This document shows, piece by piece, positions 63,186 to 63,204 of a stretch of 63,204 bases of DNA. Source of the DNA: Candidatus Micrarchaeota archaeon (GTDB taxonomy: Archaea; Micrarchaeota; Micrarchaeia; Micrarchaeales; CABMGC01); assembly GCA_021812185.1 (NCBI GenBank), contig JAKAON010000002.1:1-63204 (forward strand), read 5' to 3'. Positions within the stretch are counted from its first letter, which is position 1; each line of letters opens with the position of its first letter. The notes beneath the pieces are model-generated. The model was not told where the DNA came from. It ran no database searches and saw nothing but the letters and a program-made list of their open reading frames with translations. Position numbers and translations under genes: made by a program.

Positions 63186-63204
63186 AGGTAGAATATCAAC
63201 AGGT

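Larger units (their letters stand above)
57665..63204. mobile_element. AT-rich genomic island (Fic + Type III-like R-M) associated with tRNA-Ala 3'-end remnants; right end not in window
   Basis: There is a marked composition shift. By hand count, 59521..59580 has 15 G+C of 60, while 47101..47160 has 30 of 60. A tRNA-Ala 3' fragment lies at 58757..58804, and its terminal 13-mer AATGGACTCGGCG is repeated at 57665..57677 and 58755..58767. No integrase is visible. Confidence 0.5.

Noticed and set aside
1-63204. Scan for CRISPR arrays, rRNA genes, transposase- or integrase-like ORFs and IS-type terminal inverted repeats.
   Set aside because: No regularly spaced 25-40-bp repeats, no rRNA-like sequence, and no DDE-transposase- or tyrosine-recombinase-like ORF were seen. 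The only mobility signature is the tRNA-Ala remnant pair.

Overview
63.2-kb archaeal chromosomal window. Archaeal-type DnaG primase, Hjc resolvase, a histone, aEF-1beta, L40e, a PAC2 chaperone and a class-III-signal pilin-like protein support the call. A family G1 (eqolisin) acid protease hints at an acidophile. DPANN/Micrarchaeota-like is only a low-confidence guess. Coding density is high: about 60 protein genes. Three are shorter than 60 aa and absent from the ORF track (L40e, a Zn-ribbon protein, a CDGSH protein). There are 5 intact tRNA genes (Leu-UAA, His-GUG, Arg-GCG, Pro-UGG, Thr-UGU) and 2 tRNA remnants. No rRNA and no CRISPR array were found. The housekeeping core includes leuS, dnaG, hjc, a histone, copA, thrC and N-glycosylation enzymes. 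Seven TCA-cycle genes sit within 12.6 kb: sdhA, an anchor protein, a TM-fused sdhB and fumC on the minus strand, and mdh, citrate synthase, icd and acnA on the plus strand. The most interesting points are these. (1) The right-hand ~5.5 kb is a visibly AT-rich island. It carries a class II Fic protein and a Type III-like Mod / Res-helicase / separate PD-(D/E)xK nuclease operon, it is bracketed by remnants of a tRNA-Ala 3' end, and it contains a dense non-coding array of stem-loops sharing an ACCCAG loop motif. (2) An ArsR-type HTH is fused through one TM helix to a large sequon-rich DUF4382-like ectodomain, and a full-length ectodomain paralog lies 4.3 kb away. (3) SdhB carries an in-frame two-helix membrane extension. 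(4) tRNA-Leu has a ~22-nt insertion in the D-loop. (5) leuS has no in-frame start codon upstream of its HIGH motif unless one A is added to a short A run. The Res helicase and nuclease ORFs would be fused by removing one A from an A5 run. All functional calls come from motif recognition by eye; no database search was possible.
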